This document shows positions 11,408 to 22,715 of a stretch of DNA of 64,000 nt, piece by piece. The position numbers and the translations under genes were made by a program. This stretch comes from Octopus vulgaris. Taxonomy: Eukaryota. Each line of letters opens with the position of its first letter. Within the stretch, counting starts at the first letter, position 1. The notes beneath the pieces were generated by a model, which was given only the letters and a program-made list of their open reading frames with translations, was not told where the DNA came from and ran no database searches. The stretch covers positions 47,988,001 to 48,052,000 of the forward strand of contig OX597833.1 of assembly GCA_951406725.2 (NCBI GenBank). Reading direction: 5' to 3'.

Positions 11408-11882
11408 ACGTGCAGATGTGAAGATATTTGTAATTTGCAGTATGAAAAGAAAATATGGTTTTATGGGAGGGGTAATAAAACTATGCTTTCACATCCTTAA
11501 TCAGGCTTGTAACTCAACTGCTGCCAACTTTGGCACCTAGCCCCTCAGTAGGGTAGGCCCTCTCCCATGCATTCTCCTTATCCACCTACATCTCATAATA
11601 GAACTTCCATGACTGTCTCTTGATCGTCAGTCAAAGCAAGCACCTCTCCCTAAAAATGCCATGGTTTTCTGTGGTACAGTGTCTTAAAATCCAGTTCACC
11701 TCATGTCTCTAATCTAAATGTTTCACAACATTGGCAAACATCCATCTCCTTGTTACATATAACTGATGTCTAGCTTCTCTTTTAGCTATTTAATATAGTT
11801 ATTTCATTACTGTCCCATTTGTCTGGTCTTTCCAGGAGTATCACTTTGCATTCTCTCTCTCTCTCTCTCTGCGAAGACCTGT

Positions 11883-11982
11883 NNNNNNNNNNNNNNNNNN
11901 NNNNNNNNNNNNNNNNNNNNNNNNNNNNNNNNNNNNNNNNNNNNNNNNNNNNNNNNNNNNNNNNNNNNNNNNNNNNNNNNNN
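11883..11982. other. Assembly gap (100 N)
   Basis: Run of 100 N; true size unknown. Confidence 1.
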
Positions 11983-12034
11983 ATTCTCTTGTACATCTGG
12001 ATCTATCCAGCTCTTACTATCACTAGTTCATGTC

Positions 12035-12345
12035 AAGTTGTTTGTTTGTTCCTTCTCGAGCCTTGCCTGGCTCATAAGGGCCAATTTCTCGGTTTCCTTG
12101 GCGTATAGGTTCCCCACCTGGACGGGATACCGGTCCGTTGCAGGTGAGCTGCTAGATGCAGAAGGAAAGAGTGAGAGAAAGTTGTGGCGAAAGAGTCAGC
12201 AGAAGTTCGCCATTACCTTCTGCCGGAGCCGCGTGGAGCTCAGGTGTTTTCGCTCAAAAACACACACATCGCACGGTCTGAGACTCGAACCCGCGATCCC
12301 TCAACTGCGAGTTCGCTGCTCCAACCACTAGGCCATGTGCCTCCA
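12035..12345 (-). mobile_element. SINE family C, CpG-rich young subfamily
   Basis: GTGGAGGCACATGGCCTAGTGG...GGTTCGAGTCTC head; homolog at 43660. Confidence 0.85.
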
Positions 12346-12894
12346 CTCATGTCAAGTTACTATCACTTGTACTACTGTCAAGTAGTACATTATTCACCAA
12401 GGAAACACTTAGCCTTTACAACCATGTTCTTATCTCATTTCTTGGTGAATAAAGACTAATACCTGGTTTGTATGTATGTCTGCATAATTGGTTGGTGATT
12501 GAGAGGCTGGTTTCTTGTTAGTCTTGCAAACAGTCAACTCATTTGAATCACAGAACTCTAGGAAGTTTGATTCCCCACCCCATCCATATTCTTCACATCA
12601 TATCCCTATTCTCTGTGTACACTTCAGAAACCAAGTGTTATCTCCAGAGACACCTTTGCCTGTTGCCTGTTGCGATAATAAGGTTGCTGTCATTTGTTAT
12701 CAAGGGTAGTACTGAGGAAGGCCATAAAACCAGTTTTTCTTTTTCTTTAGTGCATCTGCCAGCCTTGACTTGTGTGCGTAGGAAGACATAAATGTCATGT
12801 GTTGTCCGCGACTATCTTAATTATCCTATTGCACCTCCCAGCCTCTCTTCCTCTCACTATACACACACATATATACAAACATAGACACACACAT

Positions 12895-13130
12895 GTATAG
12901 TTCTATATACACATACACGTATATTTACATATATACACATGCATGTATATTTACATATATACACATGCATGTATATTTACATATATACACATGCATGTAT
13001 ATTTCAATATACACATACACGTATATTTCCATATACACATGCACGTATATTTCCATATACACATACACGTATATTTCCATATACACATACACGTATATTT
13101 CCATATACACATACATGTATATTTCCATAT
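12895..13130. repeat. 24-bp minisatellite (ATATACACATACACGTATATTTCC variants, about 9-10 units)
   Basis: Direct tandem units visible. Confidence 0.9.
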
Positions 13131-13284
13131 GGCGCTTTTTTACGTGCCACTGGCCCAGGTATCACAACTACAATTTCCATTTGGTTTTTTATTTGATGTT
13201 AATGTACTATATATGTGTGTGTGTGTGTGTGTGTATATATATAAGGCATTCTTTATGTCCAACTTACATGGGATGCTTTGTTAA

Positions 13285-13500
13285 CCCTTTCGTTACTGTA
13301 TTTTGAGATGCTCTGTGTTTATTTCAATTACTTTAAATATAACAAAGAATTTAGTAAAATCACTTAGTTATCATTAAGCTAGTGTTAGGAACATAAATTG
13401 TGATTAAGGTTTGGTGGAAGATTTTAATTCAAAACTTATGCAAACAAGACATTTGTACTCAGAGCCAGAGCCAGTTTCAGCCAGGTTGGTAATTAAAGGG
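13285..13500. mobile_element. piggyBac-like MITE
   Basis: TTAA|CCCTTTCGTTAC...GTAATTAAAGGG|TTAA. Confidence 0.75.
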
Positions 13501-13514
13501 TTAAAACACCAAAT

Positions 13515-13607
13515 ACTGCATTACTGCCTTATTTATCTAGAAAGAACCTCTCATATGGACTTGTATAAACGAGAGGTTCTCTCCAGGTAAACAACACAGT
13601 ATCCAGT
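13515..13607 (-). other. Long hairpin (pre-miRNA-shaped, or a tiny palindromic MITE)
   Basis: 26-bp stem 13529-13554/13569-13594 with 14-nt loop and a basal extension. Confidence 0.6.
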
Positions 13608-14238
13608 CTTTTAACAAAACATCCATATTACATATAAGCTGGACATGAAGATTGCATTTTGATATTAATACTACTTCTGTTGCCATTAATTACACAAACA
13701 CACACACACACACACTATGCCTTTCACAGGTTGATAAAATAAATATCAGTGAGGTGGGGTGAGGGTGGGGGAGCGATATGATCAACTTTACACAAGGTGT
13801 TGCAGCACGGCTATAACCCATGACTGAAACCAATAAACGAATACAAATTGACATAAGTATTGAAACTACCAAAGACGTATTCTTGTATTTTTTCCTTCTT
13901 CGTAATTACAACTTAGAAATAGTGTGAAATAATAATAACATCTAATTGGTAGAAGATTAGGTACGAAGCTATATAGAGCTATTTAAGAGTGTTTTAGTGA
14001 GCAAAAAGCAAAAAAAGAAGGCTGGAAAATTCGCTGCACACCAACTAAGTACACTAAAAACGCATACCTGTATCTTTATACATACACACATACATACATA
14101 TATACACACACACATATAATACATATACATACATATATACACAAACATATAATACATGTACACACATACATATAATGCACACACATACATAATTTCATTT
14201 AGGTGTTAAATAATAGGACTTATTCCATTCTCCTTGGT

Positions 14239-14271
<33 letters not shown>

Positions 14272-14671
14272 GTGTGTATATATGTGTATATATATGTGTA
14301 TGTATATGTATATATGTATATATATATATATGAACACACACACATGTACACACAATGGTAGATGTAAAACATTAACCTATATGAGGCTGATCTAGAATTT
14401 CTTTGTTCCTAACCATACTCTTAAGACAATCATTTCATTGATATAAAAGAGAGGGGGGGAAGAAAAAAAAAACAACAAACAAACAATGCATTATATTGAG
14501 AGATACAAGTATTAGTGTTTAATTTAGTGGAAAAGATCTATAAAAGATTGTTTTTTTTTCAGAAGCTGGAGGGAAGAGTTATGTTTACTTGGATTAACAG
14601 GAAGCAAGAATTTAGATAAGTATATAGAATAACTTTTGGGACCAAGAGATTCACTAACAGTAATATGAAGT

Positions 14672-14694
14672 ACACACACATATATATATATATA

Positions 14695-14739
<45 letters not shown>

Positions 14740-14888
14740 TATACATACATATATATAAAACATACATATATATACATATATATATATAAAACATACATAT
14801 ATACATATATATATATAAACATACATATATATATATAATAACATACATACATATATATATATATATATAATACATACATATATATATA

Positions 14889-14931
<43 letters not shown>

Positions 14932-15048
14932 ACATACATACATATATATATAAAACATACACACACATATATATAACATATATATATATATATATATATA
15001 AAACATACATACATATATATATATATAAAACATACACATATATATAAC

Positions 15049-15087
<39 letters not shown>

Positions 15088-15213
15088 ACATACATATATA
15101 TATATAAAACATACATACATATGTATATATATAAAACATACATACATATATATATATATATAAAACATACATACATATATATAAAACATATATATATAAC
15201 ATAACACACACAT

Positions 15214-15253
<40 letters not shown>
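14672..15253. repeat. Compound (TA)n/(CATA)n microsatellite punctuated by AAAAC
   Basis: Visible directly. Confidence 0.95.
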
Positions 15254-15254
<1 letters not shown>

Positions 15255-15501
15255 CAATTACGAACATTTATAAATGACAAATCAACCAAACAGATTTGAT
15301 TTATTCAAAGAAATAGCAATAACTCCAAATACATAGTTAATAAACAAACATTGTTTTCGTTGCAAGATATAGCTCTCAAGTATATTTTTCTGTCATTAAA
15401 GATATCCATTTGAGAATAGCAGACCTGAGGCAAACAAAAGTTTTTTTTAAGTTGTGGAAGATTGATTTTTGGTTGATAAGAAGACTTCTTTACGTTATTG
15501 C
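15254..15501. mobile_element. Possible TA-flanked MITE inside a (TA)n tract
   Basis: TA|GCAATTACG...CGTTATTGC|TA short inverted termini. Confidence 0.45.
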
Positions 15502-15528
15502 TATATGGAAAGATAGTGTACTAATAAT

Positions 15529-15565
<37 letters not shown>

Positions 15566-16024
15566 ATTTTTTCTGCAGACTCATCTATGTGCTATTAATA
15601 TATTTGTCCAATTCTATCTCTCAATATCTACAAAAAAAAAAAAAAAATATCGTAACTGGCTATCGTTCATGGTAGTCTGTTTTTAATATCGGCGGCGGCG
15701 GCACCACCACCACCATCACCACCACCACCACCACCACCACCACCACCAGCAGCAGCACTACTGCTAGCACCATCATCATCATCATAATTATTTTTATGTC
15801 CATTTTCCCAAGCTTGCATAGGTTAGACAAAATTTATTGAGACAGATTTTTTTTCTTCTACAGCCTGATGCCTTTCCTGTAGCTAACCCTCACCTGTTTC
15901 CATGGTTGGACATGTTTTTATAGATGATTGGAAACGAATGACACTGCTTGTATGACAGTAGGACTTGTTTACAACTATCATGTGATATTAAGTTGAAGAG
16001 GTACAAACACACACACACACATAT

Positions 16025-16192
16025 ATACTTTTCTACTCTAGGCACAAGGCCCAAAATTTTGAGGGAAGGGGCCAGTCGATTAGATCAACCCCAGTACGCA
16101 ACTGGTAGTTAATTTATTGACCCCAAAAGGATGAAAGGCAAAGTTAACCTTGGTAGAATTTGAACTCAGAACATTTTCTGCCAGCTCGCCGC
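16025..16192 (-). mobile_element. SINE family M with internal deletion
   Basis: GGCGGCGAGCTGGCAGAA head and central domain. Confidence 0.8.
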
Positions 16193-16231
16193 CTGAACAC
16201 ACACACACACACATATATATATATATCCAAA

Positions 16232-16616
16232 CAGGTGCAGGTGTGGCTGTGTGGCAAGAAGCTTGCTTCCCAGTCACATGGCTCTGGGTTCATTCCTACT
16301 AGTAGGCACCTTGGGAAAGTGCCTTCTACTAAAGCCTCAAGCCAACCAAGGCCTTGTGAGTGGATTTGGCAGACAGAAACTGAAAGAAGCTCGTTGCATA
16401 TGTGTGTGTGTGTGTGTCTCTTTGTTTGACCCCACCATTGTTTGACAACCGGTGATGGTGTATTTACCTTCCTGTAACTTAGTGGTTTGGCAAAAGAGAC
16501 CGACAGAATAAATACCAGGCTTAAAAAAATAGTATTAGGGTCAATTCATTCCACTAAAAATTCCTCAAGGTGGTGCCCCAGCATGGCCACAGTCGAATGA
16601 CTGAAACGAGTAAAAG
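16232..16616 (+). mobile_element. SINE family A, older subfamily
   Basis: Family homology. Confidence 0.85.
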
Positions 16617-16631
16617 TTATATATATATATA

Positions 16632-17035
16632 GGCGCAGGAGTGGCTGTGTGGTAAGTAGCTTGTTTACCAACCACATGGTTCCAGGTTCAGTCCTACTGT
16701 GTGGCACCTTGGGCAAGTGTCTTCTACTATAGCCTCGGGCCGACCAAAGCCTTGTGAGTGGATTTGGTAGACGGAAACTGAAAGAAGCCTGTCGTATATA
16801 TGTGTGTATATATATATGCGTGTGTGTGTCTGTGTTTGTCCCTCCAACATTGCTTGACAACCGATACTGGTGTGTTTATGTCCCTATTACTTAGCGGTTC
16901 GGCAAAAATGACTGACAGAATAAGTACTGGGCTAACAAAAGAATAAGTCCTGGAGTCGATTTGCTCGATTAAAGGCGGTGCTCCAGCATGGCCGCAGTCA
17001 AATGACTGAAACAAGTAAAAAGAGTAAAAAGAGTA
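16632..17035 (+). mobile_element. SINE family A, tandem behind the previous copy
   Basis: Family homology. Confidence 0.93.
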
Positions 17036-17684
17036 AGTTAGGGGTTGTGGATCCAACCCACTAAGGGATAATACTTTTCCAATATACTGTTGGTATAATA
17101 CCCAAGTGTTTTTAATTGCAATAAACTTACTTATTATATTAAATGGGTGAAGGTAAAGAAATATTGTACTTCCTAATGCTAACCACTGTACAGCATGTAC
17201 TGGATGCTTTTTGCATGTCACCAGCATTAATACAGTTGTCGTGAAGATTGCAAGACTATAAACCCTAAATCATAAAAAACACTTGTCCAAAGAGCCATAG
17301 AGAAGGATTGAACCCAGTACCATGTAGTTAAGAAAATTTCATACCCACACAGCCATGGTTATACTGTTTCTATAATTTGACCCAGATAATTTCACTCGAC
17401 TCTTTTCTCTATGGCTGGTGTATTTTGAAAGAAAATATTTTAAAGCCAATGCTTTTTTTTTTTCTATACAGAAATTTCTATAGTTCTCCCAATCTTCAAG
17501 TGATTTTATTTCATAAGCTGATAGTTGTTATTAGAAAACATAGAATAGGTTTTTAATTTAATGTATTTATAAAAATTTCATTTCATATTGTTATATATTT
17601 TAATAATCTGCATAAATATTCTTCTTTTATCTTTTTTGTAAACTTAAAACACAAAATGTCTAGACAATGAAATATAACAGTTAT

Positions 17685-18059
17685 ACTCTTTACTCTTTTA
17701 CTTGTTTCAGTCATTTGACTGCAGCCATGCTGGAGCACCGCCTTTAGTTGAGCAAATCGAGCCCAGGACTTATTCTATCGGTTTCTTTTGCTGAACCGCT
17801 AAGTGATGGGGACATAAACACACCAACATCATTTGTCAAGCAATGTTGGGAGGATAAACACAGACACACAAACACACATATATATATACTTATATACGAC
17901 AGGCTTCTTTCAGTTTCCGTCTACCAAACCCACTCACAAGGCTTTGGTTGGCCCGAGGCTATAGTAGAAGACACTTGCCCAAGGTACCATGCAGTGGGAC
18001 TGAACCCGGAACCGTGTGGTTGGTAAGCAAGCTACTTACCACACAGCCACTCCTGCACC
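17685..18059 (-). mobile_element. SINE family A
   Basis: Family homology. Confidence 0.92.
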
Positions 18060-18061
18060 TA

Positions 18062-18092
<31 letters not shown>

Positions 18093-18093
18093 C

Positions 18094-18420
18094 TCATCAT
18101 CATCATCCTTTAACGTCAGCTTTCCTTGCTGGCATGGGTTGGACAGTTTGACAGGAGCTGGCCAGACAGAAGACTGCACTAGACTTCTGAGTTTGTTTAG
18201 GCATGGCTCTTACAGCTGGATGCCCTTCCGAATGCCAACCACTTTACAGAATGGACTGGATGCTTTTTATGTGGCACCAGCACTGACAGGGTTACCAAGT
18301 AACTTGCAAGGCAAAGATCCTTTAAGAGGGGAGGGGGAACTGGAGGAGGTGATCTTGTGCCAGATGATGAAAAGTTAGAGTGTGACAGAGAGACAGAAAC
18401 AGGTGTCTTGCGGTAGGGGA
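18094..18420 (-). mobile_element. RTE 3' UTR variant (family B-related)
   Basis: (GAT)n tail and GGAAGGGCATCCAGCTGTA motif. Confidence 0.7.
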
Positions 18421-18425
18421 GGTAC

Positions 18426-18489
<64 letters not shown>

Positions 18490-18538
18490 GAAAGAAACAG
18501 TAAGAATGAGTGCAACACCACATTGGAGAATAAATATT

Positions 18539-18708
18539 CTTTATTTGTGGATTAACAAGGCTACCATAGGTTTCAGAAAATTCTCAGCAATTATCAAGCC
18601 TACCACATGGGATGTTGGTATCTGTCTCCATCCCATGTGGCAGGCTTGTTAACTGCCAAGAATTCTCAGTATGAAACCAATGGTACCCTTGTTAACCCAC
18701 AAATAAAG
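18539..18708. mobile_element. Palindromic MITE-like foldback (about 75-80 bp arms)
   Basis: CTTTATTTGTGGATTAACAAGG...CCTTGTTAACCCACAAATAAAG with a 14-nt loop. Confidence 0.75.
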
Positions 18709-18880
18709 TGTGTGTGTGTGTGTGCCAGCACACGTGTATGTATGTACATACATACATACATACATACATACATACATACGGCTTAATTTACAAGCGTAGC
18801 TATTTGCAAAACATCATTTCATATCCTTCTACATGTATATATATAGCTGAAATTTTCAGGGGTCTGCATCCCCTGATTTA

Positions 18881-19100
18881 GGCACAGGTGTGGCTGTGTG
18901 GTTGAGAAGCTTGCTTTCCAACAATATGGTCTTGGATTCAGTCCAACTGGAGTGGCACCTTAGGCAAGTGTCTTCCATTGTAACTCTGAGCAAACCAAAA
19001 CCTTGTGAGTGGATTTGGTGGATCAAAACTGAAAGAAGTTCGTGTGTGTGTATGTGTGTGCATGTGTGTGTCTCACACAGTCTTTTTGCATTGACATCAT
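18881..19100 (+). mobile_element. SINE family D/A head and body
   Basis: GGCACAGGTGTGGCTGTGTGG head; RTE-type tail remnant resumes at about 19445. Confidence 0.75.
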
Positions 19101-19109
19101 GGTTAATCT

Positions 19110-19445
19110 GATCCAGGCTCACCAATGGAGAAGTTCTTAAGCAGATAAGGCCGAAAATGTCGCAAGAAGCTAGGATCACCAAGCATAGATTGGCATATTT
19201 AGGATCACCAAGCATAGATTGGCATATTATGTGGAGAAAATCCCTGGAGAAGGACATCATGCTCGGAATGGTCAGTGGCAAGAGAGGAAGAGGCCGACCA
19301 AGAACCCACTGGCTTGACACCATCAAGAGTGATGCCGGAATGGACATAGCCAATCTGAAAGAAGCGGCCCAGGATAGAACTGACTGGAGGACACTGATCC
19401 AACGAGTGACCGAGTCGACTTCGACTGAGCGGATAGAGAGAGAGA
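19110..19445 (+). mobile_element. RTE/BovB-like LINE 3' fragment
   Basis: SLEKDIMLGMVSGKRGRGRPRTHWLDTIK...AQDRTDWRTLIQRVTES; 29-bp tandem duplication at 19171-19228. Confidence 0.9.
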
Positions 19446-19505
19446 ATCTGATCCATGCCAACATGGAAAAGTGGACGTTAAATGAAAATAGTTATTATTA
19501 TTATA

Positions 19506-19538
<33 letters not shown>

Positions 19539-19543
19539 GTATA

Positions 19544-19927
19544 CTAGCAGTATCGCCGGACGTTGCTCGGGTTTGTAAGGGAAATAACTATATAAGCATT
19601 TTTAGAGATGTAAAGTATAATAGCCATCTCAATATGGCAAACCACAAAGGGGGGTGTTACTGTAGCTTTTTACGTTCTGAGATTTAATAATACATTTTTA
19701 GAGAGTTACTTCCCTTATATAATAGCAAAAAAATGCATTAAAAATGGGAAAAAATGATGGTAAATTTTTTTTTAAATCGTAGACTCGTGCTAATACCCAG
19801 AAGGGCTCGATATGAATCATGACTATAAGATACCCGCTTTTGGTTACACTGCACCGCAAAATGTGGGAGTAGTTAGGAATCTAAATCGTAGGAGACAGAC
19901 ACACAACTTCACTTTTATATATAAAGA
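19544..19927 (-). mobile_element. Non-autonomous Helitron, subfamily 2
   Basis: Minus strand has 5' TC, 3' hairpin and CTAG|T; homolog at 62207. Confidence 0.8.
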
Positions 19928-20120
19928 TGTGCAAAAGTTACCAATTCAACAATACATTATTGCTTGCAATGACATGTACAAATCTAGAATTGTTTACTGT
20001 ATATTGCTTGCTGTATCTCAAGTATGTGTTTGTGTATGTGCAAAATTTTTATGTTGTATATCTCAATGTGCATTCATAAAAATGTCATAAAAAGACCTTA
20101 CAAATCTCGAAAGTACTTAC

Positions 20121-20157
20121 TTTATATGACTGCACCTGTATTTCTCCCATTGCACAT
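20121..20157 (-). other. Candidate 37-nt internal exon
   Basis: Acceptor TTTTCTTTTCATATTTGCAG| and consensus donor AAA|GTAAGT. Confidence 0.65.
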
Positions 20158-21114
20158 CTGCAAATATGAAAAGAAAATTAAAAAAATTATTTAGAATTAG
20201 TTTAAAGCATAAGATAAAGAGATTTAATAAAATCTCAGATTTAGAGGATTTAAATAAGAACTGAAAAGTTATTGAAAGATATTCCAGTTCGTGAGGTTTT
20301 GCTATGTGGCAATACAAATTATAAAGAAATCTTAAGAGAACAACAAGAGATTTTCTGGTTTAGTTGGAGCTTATATCAATGAGTTCTGATATCCTGTTAT
20401 TAACATGTCTATAGGTAAATATTGCGAAACTTAAGAGTATGACAGAGAAGACAAAAAAGAAGCAATTAATCACTGATTTGTTGAACAAACTTAGTATTAA
20501 AAGAAGCTGTGAGCATGTCTTAACAGGTCCTGAATAAATAAAAATGCCTGGGAAACAAAAGCTGTAAATCAGTTTCAAGTTTTTATAGTGGTCATATTAT
20601 TTGTCCTTAATGTCTGTTATATGTTAAAAAGGAAAAAAAATAAAGAAAATGAAGAAAATAAAAAAAATTTGTCCTTAGTGATGGATGTGGTGTTAAATCA
20701 GAATTGCGTTCTATATATCTTACTTAACATGGATATAGAGTAGAAGGTCTTGAGAAAACATCTTGTATAGACATACAGTGCTTAAAAGCACACAAGCATA
20801 TCAATAACCAACAAAAAAGTGTCCAGCAATAGCAGTGGAAATGCTAAATCTGGACTTCTGCATCTTTGCACATCATCAGTATACTTAGACAAATTTCACT
20901 TCTACTGACAGAAAAATTGTGATTGACAAATTACTGGTGTTGCAAGTGATTGGTAGGTTGGGTAAACATTTGTTATTAGTAACCAAAGTAGAATTAGTTC
21001 AGAATAGAGAATACTCTATTTGTCTATCCAAAGCATTTTCCTAAGTTTGTCCCAAATATCCATGTTTGTTTTGTTGCATTCTGAGTAATATGAAGCTTTC
21101 TTTTTGTAAGACCC

Positions 21115-21675
21115 AAGTTGTGTGTGAGAAGACCTGGCAGAACAAGTGAGACCATAACCTGTGGCCTCTACATGGGATGTAGCCAGTTCACTTATGCATA
21201 CCTTTCCTTCTTGGGACACAAAACTCTACTTGTGAAGACCTGTTGAGGCAAGTGAAAATCGAAATCGATCAACATCAATGGAAATTGCAGCTGTGATACC
21301 AGTGCCAGTGGTACATAAGAGAACCATCCAAACGTGGCTGCTGCCAGCGCCGCCCCGACTGGCCTCGTGCTGGTGGCACATAAAAAGTACCATCCGATCG
21401 TGGCTGTTGCCAGCCTTGCCTGGCCCCCGTGTCAGTGGCACGTAAAAACCACCATCCGATCGTGGCCGTTTGCCAGCCTCGTCTGGCACCTGTGCCGGTG
21501 GCACGTAAAAAGCACCCACTACACTCACGGAGTGGTTGGCGTTAGGAAGGGCATCCAGCCGTAGAAACATTGCCAGATCAGATTGGGCCTGGTGCAGCCT
21601 TCTGGCTACCCAGATCCCAGTTGAACCGTCCAACCCATGCTAGCATGGAAAGCGGACGCTAAATGATGATGATGA
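21115..21675 (+). mobile_element. RTE LINE 3' end and full 3' UTR (family B)
   Basis: GAGAAGACCTGGCAG...AAGTGA (ORF end-like), GTGGCACGTAAAAAGCACC subrepeats, (GAT)n tail. Confidence 0.82.
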
Positions 21676-21689
21676 AGTTACTCTGAACT

Positions 21690-22400
21690 GAAAAAAAAAA
21701 CTGAGAATATTTATCACATTATAATGGAAATCTGTTCTCTGTACCACATATGATGCACAGCATGGGCAAAGGGTTGGTATAGAATGAATTTGCATTCTGT
21801 ACAGGATTAAGTGGTGTTTAAAGACAGAAGAATTTTCTGGACTTAAAACCTCAACCAGTGTAAATGTAGTCATGATTCTATAATTGTAAATTGTGTTACA
21901 TTTTTCTTGCATACATTTATAAACAACAGTGTTGCTGGATCATATTTCCAACAATGAGAGTGTTAAGAGATGTGTTTGAATGCAGCCTTTGAAAGCTTAT
22001 ATTTTGCTTGTCTACACAGCCCTTATTGTAGCTTCTATATAATTCTCCCACATTTTGACAGCTAAATACAGCAAGCTCTAGTTTCAAGCGTAACTTGGAT
22101 TCAAGTCCTGAGAGGGCTGCTGCGCTGCTGTGAATGTATTAGCATTTGTAAAACCATATCTTTCAAACCACAGTGATAAATTATTCTGAGTTCTAAATAA
22201 ACTATGGACTGTGTCTTGGATGTGATGGACTATGTCTTCAGTTCAATTTTTATAGTCTCCTACATTATAAGAATTTTACAGTCTCCAACAATACAAGCTA
22301 TTTCACTGCATCGTTTTTGCAACTGCAATAATCCAGAGAACATTTTTTTAAGACATATAAAGTTACCTACGTATGCTATGTGAGGCTAGTACATGTCTGT
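21690..22400 (-). mobile_element. Possible highly decayed DNA-transposon ORF (Cys-rich region)
   Basis: Minus fragments FYTNPLPMLCIICGTE and NKGCV..KYKLSK; many frameshifts; family not assignable by eye. Confidence 0.3.
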
Positions 22401-22415
22401 GCAAGGTAGGTGTAT

Positions 22416-22715
22416 TCATCATCATCATCATCATTACATTCATTTAATGTCCGCTTTTCATGCTAGCATGGGTTGGACGATTTGACTGACATCTGGCGAA
22501 CCAGATGGCTGCACCAGACTCCAATCTGATCTGGCAGAGTTTCTACAGCTGGATGCCCTTCCTAACGCCAACCACTCCGAGAGTGTAGTGGGTGCTTTTA
22601 CGTGCCACGGCACGAGGGCCAGTTAGATGGTACTGGCAACAGCCACGCTCAAATGGTGCTTTTTATGTGCCACCTGCACAGGAGCCAGTCCAGCGGCACT
22701 GGCAACGACCTTGCC
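22416..22715 (-). mobile_element. RTE 3' UTR fragment (family B)
   Basis: Family B homology. Confidence 0.82.

Noticed and set aside
14524-15289. Longest ORFs (211-247 aa, Y/I/M/C/V-rich)
   Set aside because: Microsatellite translations; the same applies to 12893-13306, 36518-36821, 40820-41300 and 56396-56863.
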